From: Fimbriimonadaceae bacterium
Lineage (GTDB): Bacteria; Armatimonadota; Fimbriimonadia; Fimbriimonadales; Fimbriimonadaceae
DNA: 64,000 nucleotides
Assembly (NCBI GenBank): GCA_019454145.1
Contig: CP075366.1
Coordinates: 225,564-289,563 of the forward strand
Direction of reading: 5' to 3'
Shown: piece by piece, positions 55,582 through 64,000 of the stretch
Layout: every line of letters begins with the position of its first letter
How positions within the stretch are numbered: the first letter of the stretch is position 1
Program-made: the position numbers and the translations under genes
The notes under the pieces: generated by a model
What the model was told of the DNA's origin: nothing
What the model saw: only the letters and a program-made list of their open reading frames with translations
Database searches by the model: none

Positions 55582-57924
55582 TTATTGCGTTGTTCCCGTA
55601 ACTGTTCGTTTTCTAAACGAATCGCTTAGAACGATTTCGGTAATCAAAGCCGAAAGGTGGTTGCCTCGTTTTTTGACTTTGGGGATGATTGCTTCGATCA
55701 TGCACGAGTCAGTGGAAGTTAATCCTCGCCCAAGTGCGTAAGTGAGAAGTTTTTCTGTGAGGCTTCGGGTGAAATCATTCTCACGTTTGAGTAGATACGT
55801 TTTGAGGTCGTCCACTCCATTGATGGTTTGGTTGCATGGAAGTTCACCTTTGTTATCAACCGGGAAGTTGCCATCCTGCGTGCGCCATTGACCCACCGGG
55901 TTATAGTTTTCAAGGCTAAAACCGAAAGCATCAAGCGGTTGATGGCACGAAGCACAATTAGGATCACGGCGATGCTTTTCTAGGCGCTCCCGCATGGTTT
56001 TTACTGCGATTGCACTTGTATCTTCATCAAGAACACCTACGTTGGGTGGCGGTGGAGGAGGCGGAGAACCAAGAATTTCTTCCATGATGAATTTCCCGCG
56101 CTTGACCGGGGAAGTTCGGTTAGGATTGCTGGTTACGGTGAGAATGGCACCCATTCCCAAAATGCCACCTCGATTGTAGCTAGAAACGTCTACTCGCCGA
56201 AACTGAGTGCCAAAGTCTCCGGGAATTCCGTAGTGCCTCGCGAGCCGCGCGTTGAGGAAAGTGAACTTACTATCAAGAAATTCAGGCAAAACTCGATTAT
56301 TTGCCAACATATCGCGGAAATATTCTTCCACCTCTTGCTCCATATCTTTGCGAAGGTCGGGAGTAAAGCCAGGAAAAAGCTTATTGTCCGGTGATGCGTC
56401 AACGAGTCGCCGAGTTTGAAGCCACTGCGTAGAAAAGTCCGCCGTGAATCGGACAGATTTCGTATCTTTCAGCATGCGCGTGACCTGAGCTTCAAGAACA
56501 GATGGTTTGGTGAGTTCGCCTTTAGCGGCCAGATCAAGGAGTGTTTGGTCCGGCAGAGAGTTCCAGAGGAAGTAGGAAAGGCGTGAAGCGAGTTCGTATC
56601 CATTGAGGTCGCGAGCTTTGGCGGTCGCCCGATTATCTAGTTCCACACGGAATAAGAAATTCGGATTGACTAATACAGCCTGAACGCAGACCTTAATTGC
56701 TTCTTCGTAGCTGTCTTTGTTCTCCCGCACCATGTTGTAGATATTCATGAGGCGGTTGATTTCATCAGCCGTTGCCGGGCGGCGATACGCCTTTCCAACG
56801 AAATTCTCAAGAACCTGTCTTGCCGCGGCTTGGTGACTCAGGGTGGTAGTAGGAACTGCGGTCAAAAGTTTTCGGTGAGAATCGGGCAGAGTGACGGTTC
56901 CGCCCTGAGGGCCTTCTATTGAGATCGCTGAAACTAGAAGATTGCGATCTCGTTTGGCTGGGTCAGGGTTATTCGGTTCGTAGTAATCGTTGATAAACGC
57001 GATTCCAACTGTAAGGTCGCCGCCCTTTGAAGTAAATGGCAACTTATAATTGCTGAGAGTGGTTTTTGAAATCTCAAATGTCTGAAATCGAACTCCGTTG
57101 AGTGTTAGCTCCATCTGGGCGTGAACGAAACCGGCGTAGGTTTCGGAGGCAGAAATCGTAATCTCATATTCACCCGGATCAAGATTCTTGAAGTCGGTCG
57201 TAAACTTGCCGTTCGCAAAAAAGAAAATTCCTCCCTCATTAGTGACGCGCGCGCTATCTGGGATTTTTACTTTTTCAAGATTGGCCTCCCTCAGCTTCGG
57301 TTTTGCCACGTAAATCGCTCGATCAACTGCGTTTCTTGCTGCTTTTAAATACATCTCTAAATGCAGAGGTGTGAGAGTAAGCACGTCGCCGATGTTGTCG
57401 AATCCATAACCAACGTCGTCGGAAGGAAAGTCCTTACTCAAATCCATGTCGATGCCGAGCAAATCGTTGACCGTATTGTTATATTCGTTTCGGTTCAGCC
57501 GACGGATTGTGACTTTGCCCGGGCCATCAAGAACGCAGTTTTGGCTGAGCGCTCTCTGAATCCACGAGACGACTTTTTCCCGTTCGGCAAGTGTAGGTGC
57601 TCCGGAATCCGGCGGAGGCATCACCTGCGAACGAAGCATTTGAATGACCTTTTCGTACTTCTTTGGTTCAGCCGCAACTTGAGCGGTTGATTCTAGCGCA
57701 CCTAAATCAAGCCCAGCACTAGGAGAGGAACCCGAATGGCAGCCGATACAGTTGATCTCAAGGATCGGATAAATAGACTTATCGAATTCTTCGTTGAGTT
57801 GCTTGTTCGCATCCTGAGGAACTTTTTCAACCGACCCGGCCCTAGCAGGTTGGGCAAAAAACGCAACGCCCAACACAAAAAGCGCGGCGACCGGAAAGAG
57901 AGATCGGGTGGGAGAAAAGGCCAT
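55582..57924 (-). CDS. DUF1592/DUF1588/DUF1587/DUF1595/DUF1585 protein with N-terminal planctomycete-type cytochrome c domain
   Basis: CIGCH, IRRLNRNEYNNTV, ASRLSYFLW, TSPVKRG, PPPPP, CASCH. Confidence 0.9.
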   Translation of the reverse strand: MAFSPTRSLFPVAALFVLGVAFFAQPARAGSVEKVPQDANKQLNEEFDKSIYPILEINCIGCHSGSSPSAGLDLGALESTAQVAAEPKKYEKVIQMLRSQVMPPPDSGAPTLAEREKVVSWIQRALSQNCVLDGPGKVTIRRLNRNEYNNTVNDLLGIDMDLSKDFPSDDVGYGFDNIGDVLTLTPLHLEMYLKAARNAVDRAIYVAKPKLREANLEKVKIPDSARVTNEGGIFFFANGKFTTDFKNLDPGEYEITISASETYAGFVHAQMELTLNGVRFQTFEISKTTLSNYKLPFTSKGGDLTVGIAFINDYYEPNNPDPAKRDRNLLVSAISIEGPQGGTVTLPDSHRKLLTAVPTTTLSHQAAARQVLENFVGKAYRRPATADEINRLMNIYNMVRENKDSYEEAIKVCVQAVLVNPNFLFRVELDNRATAKARDLNGYELASRLSYFLWNSLPDQTLLDLAAKGELTKPSVLEAQVTRMLKDTKSVRFTADFSTQWLQTRRLVDASPDNKLFPGFTPDLRKDMEQEVEEYFRDMLANNRVLPEFLDSKFTFLNARLARHYGIPGDFGTQFRRVDVSSYNRGGILGMGAILTVTSNPNRTSPVKRGKFIMEEILGSPPPPPPPNVGVLDEDTSAIAVKTMRERLEKHRRDPNCASCHQPLDAFGFSLENYNPVGQWRTQDGNFPVDNKGELPCNQTINGVDDLKTYLLKRENDFTRSLTEKLLTYALGRGLTSTDSCMIEAIIPKVKKRGNHLSALITEIVLSDSFRKRTVTGTTQ

Positions 57925-57996
57925 GCGGAGAAAGGTCTTTGCTTATTTTACGATGAATACGGGCTGAACCGGATAGTTTTAGCGTAATCTTGAAAT

Positions 57997-58578
57997 ATGG
58001 CAAAGATTATTCTTGTCGTTCTGGGGTTGATTTCAGTTGCGGCGGCAATGGCACTGGCAATGCGCAACCGGCAAACAACGCCACTAGACACCAAACAACA
58101 CAACCTCCACGATTACACCGTTGTTGACATCAAGGGCAATAAAAAGTCACTCAAGGATTTTGACGGCAAGGTTGTTATGGTCGTCAACGTGGCGAGCAAG
58201 TGCGGTCTAACTCCGCAGTACGAGCAATTAGAAGCTCTTTACGAAAAGTACAAGGATCAAGGGTTAGTTATTCTTGGATTCCCGTGCAACCAGTTTATGG
58301 GTCAGGAACCAGGCACAGAAGAAGAAATCCTTACCTTCTGCACCAATAAATACAACGTCTCTTTCCCAATGTTCAGCAAGGTTGAAGTGAAAGGCGAAAA
58401 CGCTCACCCACTCTACAAATGGCTCGTCGGCGCAACCGAGAACAAAACGGATATTGAATGGAACTTCGCCAAGTTCATCGTGAGCCGCGACGGTGCGAAG
58501 GTTCAACGCTTTGCCAGCAAGACCAAGCCAGATGATTCGAGCGTTGTTTCAGTGATCGAAAAAGCACTGGCAGAATAA
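57997..58578 (+). CDS. Glutathione peroxidase family protein (Cys type) with N-terminal anchor
   Basis: VASKCGLTPQY, GFPCNQF, WNFAKF. Confidence 0.93.
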   Translation: MAKIILVVLGLISVAAAMALAMRNRQTTPLDTKQHNLHDYTVVDIKGNKKSLKDFDGKVVMVVNVASKCGLTPQYEQLEALYEKYKDQGLVILGFPCNQFMGQEPGTEEEILTFCTNKYNVSFPMFSKVEVKGENAHPLYKWLVGATENKTDIEWNFAKFIVSRDGAKVQRFASKTKPDDSSVVSVIEKALAE

Positions 58579-58584
58579 ATCCGC

Positions 58585-59364
58585 TTACTTGGATTCGGGA
58601 GTGTCGTCGTCGGCGACGCTCCCTTCAAATAATTTTCGTAGCCGTTCTTGCTCAGCGCGATCTTTTTCTTTGGAGCGAACTTTGCTCATGAATTCATCGA
58701 ACTCCCGGTTTTCTTTCTTTTTTTGTTTCTTTGTTTCAATGGGTGATACGCCAAATTTGAGGCCAGGAATTTTGTTTGCACCGTAAAACCATGCGCCGAG
58801 AAGTGGAATGCCGAGGATCAAACCAAAAAGTGGATTACCTGTTCCCATACTCAGAACGACCCAAGCCGCTTTGATAATCGCTATCCAGGCGAACTTGACT
58901 GGAATGCCCCAGAAACAGATTTCAGTTTTTGGTTGGTTGCCGCAAACCGCGACTACGATGAATGCAATGGGAAGCTCAGCTGTAAGCAAAAAGGATTCCT
59001 TAACGCCAGCTATTGGAGCCGCAATAAATAGAAACGCAGCATGTAGTAGTGTGGCGGCAAAGAAAACCGAAATGAGCGGCCGCTGTCCAAATCGACGCTC
59101 CAGGATGCTCCCAAACCAGAAGAGCCAAAACATATCAAAAATAAAACTAATAAAGTAGCCCCCGTCGCCGTAGTGTACAAACGGATAAGTGAGCGGTTGC
59201 CAAATTTTGAATGAATCCAAGCTGAGAGCAAAATTAGGGATTAATACAGCGGCAATTTGGGGAATCCAGCAGAGCAAAAATCCCACAGTACAAGCGATAA
59301 TCAACCCGAATGTTGCCGGAGTCGCACTAGATTTTCGAGGAGAAAACGCAAATCGGGATGCCAT
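58585..59364 (-). CDS. Rhomboid-like membrane protein with charged C-terminal tail
   Basis: WQPLTYPFVH, LFWFGSILERRFG; no clear GxS catalytic motif. Confidence 0.7.
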   Translation of the reverse strand: MASRFAFSPRKSSATPATFGLIIACTVGFLLCWIPQIAAVLIPNFALSLDSFKIWQPLTYPFVHYGDGGYFISFIFDMFWLFWFGSILERRFGQRPLISVFFAATLLHAAFLFIAAPIAGVKESFLLTAELPIAFIVVAVCGNQPKTEICFWGIPVKFAWIAIIKAAWVVLSMGTGNPLFGLILGIPLLGAWFYGANKIPGLKFGVSPIETKKQKKKENREFDEFMSKVRSKEKDRAEQERLRKLFEGSVADDDTPESK

Positions 59365-59543
59365 ACGCTTAACATTATGCCGGTAAAAGTGCGGTGCGTT
59401 AGAGTCAAGGGTGAACTTGCAAAGAAAGTAAACCAATGCACCGAACTTTCGGGGATAATCGTCTCTACGCTATCGGGGATTATGCGGTGGGTATTACAAA
59501 CATCCATCAAAGATCGCGGAATTTGAGGAGTTAACGAGAAAGA

Positions 59544-60458
59544 ATGGAATATATGGTGATTTGGTCAGACGGGCAAAAATTTGGCCCGGCTGATATGGCG
59601 ATGCTGAATCAATGGATTGCAGAAGGCCGCATCAAGCCAGAAACCGAACTGGAATCGGTTGTTGATGGCACTCGGCTTTCAGCGGCGAGTTTGCCTGGCT
59701 TGAACTTTGGCGGAGCAGCTGCCACGCCAAGCGAGCCAACTGCTGCAACACCGGCTGACACCACGCCGGTTGAAACTGCGCCAGCCAGTGGCGGTGCAGA
59801 ACAGTTTTTTGTTGTCGGAGCCGATGGAGGAAAATACGGCCCGGCAGATGCCGCAACTCTTACCCAATGGGCGGCAGAAAATCGGCTTAACCCAAATTCA
59901 GAGTTAGAAAGTGCTTCAACTGGAGCTCGAACCGTTGCTTCTCAAGTTCCAGGAATCATTTTCCCGGTTGCGGCAGCGGCGCAAGCCAATCCGATGCAGC
60001 CAACGCCGACTGGGCAATACAGTTCTTCTTCGGTAGAAAGCAATTACCCACGTCCAGGGTTTGGCGGTAATCAGCCAACCAGCGATGATTTGCGAAAGTT
60101 CAACTGGGGTGCGTTTTTACTCAACTGGATTTGGGGCCTAAACCACAAGTATCCACTTGCTTTAGTGGCTTTAGCAATCGGAATTGTAGGTGCACTCTTC
60201 CGCGATCCGAGTATGGCGGGTATAAGCATGATTTTTAGCTTTGCTCAGTTAGGTTTCTGTATCTGGCTAGGCGTTAAAGGAAACGAAATAGCTTGGAACA
60301 GTGGTCGTTTTGCCACGGTTGACGAAATGCATAAGTGCCAGGTTATCTGGGCGAAATGGGGCGTTGGCATCCTCGTCGTCGGATGTGTTTGTGGTCTTGG
60401 CCTTGGCATCATGGCGGGTATTGGACTCGCCGCAATGGGCGGCGGACTAGGTCGGTAA
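59544..60458 (+). CDS. Tandem GYF_2-like domains plus C-terminal membrane domain
   Basis: Two repeats of G.K[FY]GPAD...L.QW..E.R..P..ELES; C-terminal FNWGAFLLNWIWGL. Confidence 0.75.
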   Translation: MEYMVIWSDGQKFGPADMAMLNQWIAEGRIKPETELESVVDGTRLSAASLPGLNFGGAAATPSEPTAATPADTTPVETAPASGGAEQFFVVGADGGKYGPADAATLTQWAAENRLNPNSELESASTGARTVASQVPGIIFPVAAAAQANPMQPTPTGQYSSSSVESNYPRPGFGGNQPTSDDLRKFNWGAFLLNWIWGLNHKYPLALVALAIGIVGALFRDPSMAGISMIFSFAQLGFCIWLGVKGNEIAWNSGRFATVDEMHKCQVIWAKWGVGILVVGCVCGLGLGIMAGIGLAAMGGGLGR

Positions 60459-60477
60459 TACTTACTTGATCAGTTGA

Positions 60478-60510
60478 TTCCGGGGCTTTGAAACGCCCCG
60501 GAATTTTTAT
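60478..60510 (+). terminator. Probable terminator
   Basis: TTCCGGGGC..GCCCCGGAA followed by TTTTT. Confidence 0.7.
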
Positions 60511-60545
60511 ATGTCTATAATCAATTGATGGGGCAGGGCCGCTAG

Positions 60546-62453
60546 TTGTCAGACAATCAATCAACGAATTCAATTAAGTCAGTTCTGACCGATTGGCAAT
60601 CGCTTCTCACCATTATCTGCGGAGCAACATTGGTGCTCGCCATGTTTCCCCAACTCCATTGGGTTGGATACATATCATGCGCTGCTGGGAGCGTATTTGC
60701 CCTGAAATCTGCCAGGGATTCGCTCGCAAAACGGGAACTCGATGTAAACCTACTCATGATCCTAGCGGCAATCGGAGCAATTGTCGTAGGTCAGGTTGTA
60801 GATGCGGCGGCTCTATTATTTCTGTTCAGCTTGTCATCTTCACTCGAATCCTTTGCGATGGCAAAAACTAAATCTGCCATTGCGAGTTTGGTTCAACTGC
60901 GACCAAAACAAGCAAGGTTGGTCAAAGATGGAATTGAACGACTTGTTGCCGTAGAGGACTTAAAGATCGGCGACATTATTCGCGTAAATGGTTTTGAAGG
61001 TGTTCCTGCCGACGGTGAAATTGTAGAAGGATCAACCTCCATTAATGAGAGCGCACTAACCGGCGAAGCAGAACCCGTAAGCAAGCATATTGGCGATGCG
61101 GTTACCGGCGGAACTCAAAACTTAGAAGGCATGGTGCTTGTGCGAGTCGGCAAGCTGGTGAGCAATAGCATGCTCAATCAGATTGTAAAATTGGTTGAAG
61201 AAGCGCAGGAAAACAAAGCCAGCGGGGAGCGAATTAGCCTGTGGTTCGGTCAGCGATATACGATTTTCGTGTTGTTGGCGTTTTTTGTTAGTTGGGGCGT
61301 CCGCTTGCTCATCGGTCAAAACGGTAGTGACGCTTTTTATTCTTCTCTCATCTTATTGGTTGGCTTAAGCCCCTGCGCGCTTGTGATTTCTACCCCTGCC
61401 GCAACCTTGAGCGCATTGGCAAATGCCGCTCGTAAAGGAATTCTTGTACGAGGTGGCGAGTTTATTGAACGTGCGGCGACGGTTGATATAGTCACCATGG
61501 ACAAAACCGGAACCTTGACTAAGGGACAACCGCAACTCGTGGAAGTTTCAGTATGGATAGGGGAAATACGCGTGGATTGGCTTCCAGGTCAAGCTGTGCC
61601 ACAAGAAATTCTTCCCGTTCTTACCCAGGTTGCCGCCGTGGAAAACACAAGTTCACATCCGTTAGCCCAAGCAGTTGTTACGGCAGCATCCCAGGCGGGA
61701 GTTGTTATTCCTCCCACAGAATCCAGTCGGACGGTTCCAGGAATGGGGATGGTCGCTCAGGTTGACGGCGAATCGGTTGCGGTTGGCAACGATAAGTTGA
61801 TGGTGGCGGAGAATCATGCGGTTCCTGCAGATATGGAGCAGTTTTCCTTAGCCTTAAAAAAGGAAGGGAAAACAACAGTTCTCGCGAGTGGAGCCGAATT
61901 TCGTGCAGTGTTTGCGTTTGAAGATGAAATCAGGCAAGAAGCCAAGCAAGTTGTCGAAGATCTTCGTCACCTCGGAGTGGGCAAAGTCATGATGCTGACG
62001 GGAGACAAGCCAGAAACGGCCAACAGCATTGCGGAGCATGTCGGACTGACTTCTGTCCACGCTGCGCTCATGCCAGCCGACAAAACCCGGATCGTTCAAG
62101 AGCTTTCGCACACTGGGCAAGTGATGATGGTGGGAGATGGCGTCAACGACGCTCCAAGCCTGGCGGCGGCGAGTATTGGAGTTGCGATGGGTGGGCTTGG
62201 AAGTGACGTTGCTTTAGAAGCCGCAGACGTTGTCCTCAGCCACGACCGGCTGGATCGCATTCCGCAGTTGATTAGTTTGGGACGACGAACTCAAGGGATT
62301 ATTCGAGCTAACTTGGTGTTTGCAGGGGGAGTGATCGTTGTATTGGCTGTGAGTTCGTTCTTGGTGAATCTACCATTGCCTGTGGCGGTGATCGGTCACG
62401 AAGGTTCCACCGTTCTGGTTATTCTCAACGGATTGCGATTGTTGCGCGATTAA
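60546..62453 (+). CDS. Heavy-metal P1B-type ATPase, P1B-4 subtype
   Basis: TGE actuator, SPCALVIS, DKTGTLT, SHP, GDGVND, HEGST; no N-terminal metal-binding domain. Confidence 0.92.
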   Translation: MSDNQSTNSIKSVLTDWQSLLTIICGATLVLAMFPQLHWVGYISCAAGSVFALKSARDSLAKRELDVNLLMILAAIGAIVVGQVVDAAALLFLFSLSSSLESFAMAKTKSAIASLVQLRPKQARLVKDGIERLVAVEDLKIGDIIRVNGFEGVPADGEIVEGSTSINESALTGEAEPVSKHIGDAVTGGTQNLEGMVLVRVGKLVSNSMLNQIVKLVEEAQENKASGERISLWFGQRYTIFVLLAFFVSWGVRLLIGQNGSDAFYSSLILLVGLSPCALVISTPAATLSALANAARKGILVRGGEFIERAATVDIVTMDKTGTLTKGQPQLVEVSVWIGEIRVDWLPGQAVPQEILPVLTQVAAVENTSSHPLAQAVVTAASQAGVVIPPTESSRTVPGMGMVAQVDGESVAVGNDKLMVAENHAVPADMEQFSLALKKEGKTTVLASGAEFRAVFAFEDEIRQEAKQVVEDLRHLGVGKVMMLTGDKPETANSIAEHVGLTSVHAALMPADKTRIVQELSHTGQVMMVGDGVNDAPSLAAASIGVAMGGLGSDVALEAADVVLSHDRLDRIPQLISLGRRTQGIIRANLVFAGGVIVVLAVSSFLVNLPLPVAVIGHEGSTVLVILNGLRLLRD

Positions 62454-62540
62454 CCAGAAACCCCGACAAAAATGACAGTATCTACTTGTCACATCAATAT
62501 GTATAATCCCAAGCTGGTAAGGCATAAATAGGCGTTTGTC

Positions 62541-64000
62541 ATGGGGAGAAAAGCTGGTAAGAAGCGCATGAGTCCAGAGCATGTTGCAGGATTTGATAAA
62601 GCCGTTATAAACAGTGAAAGTGAGATGCCACCACAGAAAAGCTGTGCAAATATATGTATCATCGGCGAACCTTCTATTTCTCAAGTCCAAGTACGTGAAC
62701 ACATTCTTCAATCGAATCCGTTTAACCCTGAAGGTAACATTTGGGGGTCATCCATCCATCGTTTTCATGGGCCTGTACTAACTGAGGCCTTTGTGCTGGC
62801 CGCCGTTAATAATACATTTCCCCGAAGCTGGGAAACCGACTCAATATGGCGCTTTGCAGACAGCGTAAATAATGATAACAGCAACATATATCTCACGGGG
62901 CCAAGCCAAGCCGAGAAAATACGTAATAAGATTCAAGCAGATCTTCAAAATAGGAAGCTTCTTTACGATTCATATCGTATTTCGCCTGTACCACGCCTAA
63001 GCAGCAAAACTGACCTAGATCAGAGTGGCGAATCCATTGAAACCTACCGTATTGCAGGATCAAGGCATGTTTCGATGCCGCATTCCTACGACTCATACGG
63101 AATTGAGCTATTGCCCGAATTGTCAAACAACGACCATCGAGTACTAACGATTCAATATAATTGCCTTTCCGCTAAACCCCAGGATTATTTCCCCCAAAAT
63201 GCTTGTCAAACCGATTTTAAGAGCTGCATTGCACTAATTGAAGATAGGCGAATCTCTGATCTAGCAGATAATACAAACCTACTGTCTCTGAATAAGCTTT
63301 TACTAAATATATCAGAGAAGGAAAAAGATGACGCTCAAAGCTATGTGGCTCACGATGGCTTATTGTCGGCAAAAAGTGCAGTAACAATTGTAAAAGCAGA
63401 AGATCTTCGACGCCAAGGTTACCCTATTAGCAAAGGGTTATCGTGGGAACGCACTGCTCAAACTGTTATCGAGGCTTTGACAAAAATACATCGCGAAGTT
63501 CAAGTTATTCTAAAGGAGCGTAATAAGTCGCTACAAGATTCGGGCGAAGAATTTACAATTGAGGCGCAAAGAAAGCTTGAAAGTAGCTACATGTTTTTGG
63601 GGAAAAGCCGGCATATAATCATTTCGATGGCTCCAGATGCAGTTATGTACATTTTACAAGGGGTTAATGGAATTGAAAGGGCTATCTTATATGCTGACGC
63701 CAGCGATATTGAAGGAGGGTTGTTTGCTAAAGCCCCTGGGCGAACGAGAGGCTACGATACAGCATTACTTGCATCGATTAGCTATCATATTGCAACGTTG
63801 TATGCAGGGAAAAGCAATGAAGACGTTGAGTTGATCGGCATCGAACATGTGAGCGAAAAGCTGCAGTTGGCACTTAACAACGGATTAGTTGCATCAAGGT
63901 ATCTTCACCTCAGAGGATTTACTCAGGTACATCAGGCTTGTGCATCAAGGATGTCTTTGCTGTCTGATAAGCCTCTCGACTATACAATAATTGAACCTAA
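62541..64000 (+). CDS. Large low-GC protein, 3'-truncated, at least 486 codons; N-terminus resembles bacterial RyR-domain/ATPase proteins
   Basis: Hand translation is open from ATG 62541 to the window end; contains IVKAEDLRRQGYPISKGLSWERTAQ, RHIIISM, DASDIEGG. Family assignment is from memory of the LSWERTAQ motif. Confidence 0.75.
   Translation, partial: MGRKAGKKRMSPEHVAGFDKAVINSESEMPPQKSCANICIIGEPSISQVQVREHILQSNPFNPEGNIWGSSIHRFHGPVLTEAFVLAAVNNTFPRSWETDSIWRFADSVNNDNSNIYLTGPSQAEKIRNKIQADLQNRKLLYDSYRISPVPRLSSKTDLDQSGESIETYRIAGSRHVSMPHSYDSYGIELLPELSNNDHRVLTIQYNCLSAKPQDYFPQNACQTDFKSCIALIEDRRISDLADNTNLLSLNKLLLNISEKEKDDAQSYVAHDGLLSAKSAVTIVKAEDLRRQGYPISKGLSWERTAQTVIEALTKIHREVQVILKERNKSLQDSGEEFTIEAQRKLESSYMFLGKSRHIIISMAPDAVMYILQGVNGIERAILYADASDIEGGLFAKAPGRTRGYDTALLASISYHIATLYAGKSNEDVELIGIEHVSEKLQLALNNGLVASRYLHLRGFTQVHQACASRMSLLSDKPLDYTIIEP

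Noticed and set aside
57997-58578. Selenocysteine glutathione peroxidase
   Set aside because: Active-site codon is TGC (Cys), with no in-frame TGA
62370-63834. Short ORFs 62370-62711, 62893-63126 and 63637-63834
   Set aside because: Shadows of the long open frame starting at 62541
1-64000. tRNA, rRNA, transposase, integrase or prophage structural genes
   Set aside because: No T-loop/anticodon cloverleaf, rRNA-like tract or such protein motif was recognised

Overview
Bacterial chromosomal segment, mostly housekeeping and about 50-53% GC by eye. The style of the proteins suggests Armatimonadota (Fimbriimonadia-like); this is an unverified impression. Core genes: 3' part of a class I nrdA, the rpsB-tsf-pyrH-frr-uppS operon, a K+-independent H+-pyrophosphatase, ubiA-like, flavin amine oxidase, amidohydrolase, tricorn-like S41 protease, uridine kinase, htpX, rpoB and rpoC (separated by pnuC and a DUF1328 gene), thpR, a GH65-like hydrolase, glgP, a TlpA redoxin, gcvT, a TPR-TPR-PilZ-GGDEF cluster, a DUF1592/DUF1552 pair, glutathione peroxidase and a P1B-4 ATPase. 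Low-GC accessory genes are interspersed: an AAA ATPase coupled to nrdA, a membrane alpha/beta hydrolase with an SLT-like neighbour, two pairs of tandem paralogues of unknown family, and a >486-codon ORF running off the right end that the ORF track missed. Two REP-like palindrome families form tandem and BIME-like mosaics, and one copy sits in frame inside the amine oxidase gene. Top leads: a ~270-aa extracytoplasmic insertion in the H+-PPase; a ~95-aa insertion in the RpoC trigger loop; RpoB substitutions at rifampicin-contact positions; the split rpoB/rpoC operon; the coding REP; the paralogue pairs; and the terminal ORF. No rRNA, tRNA, CRISPR array or transposase was recognised.
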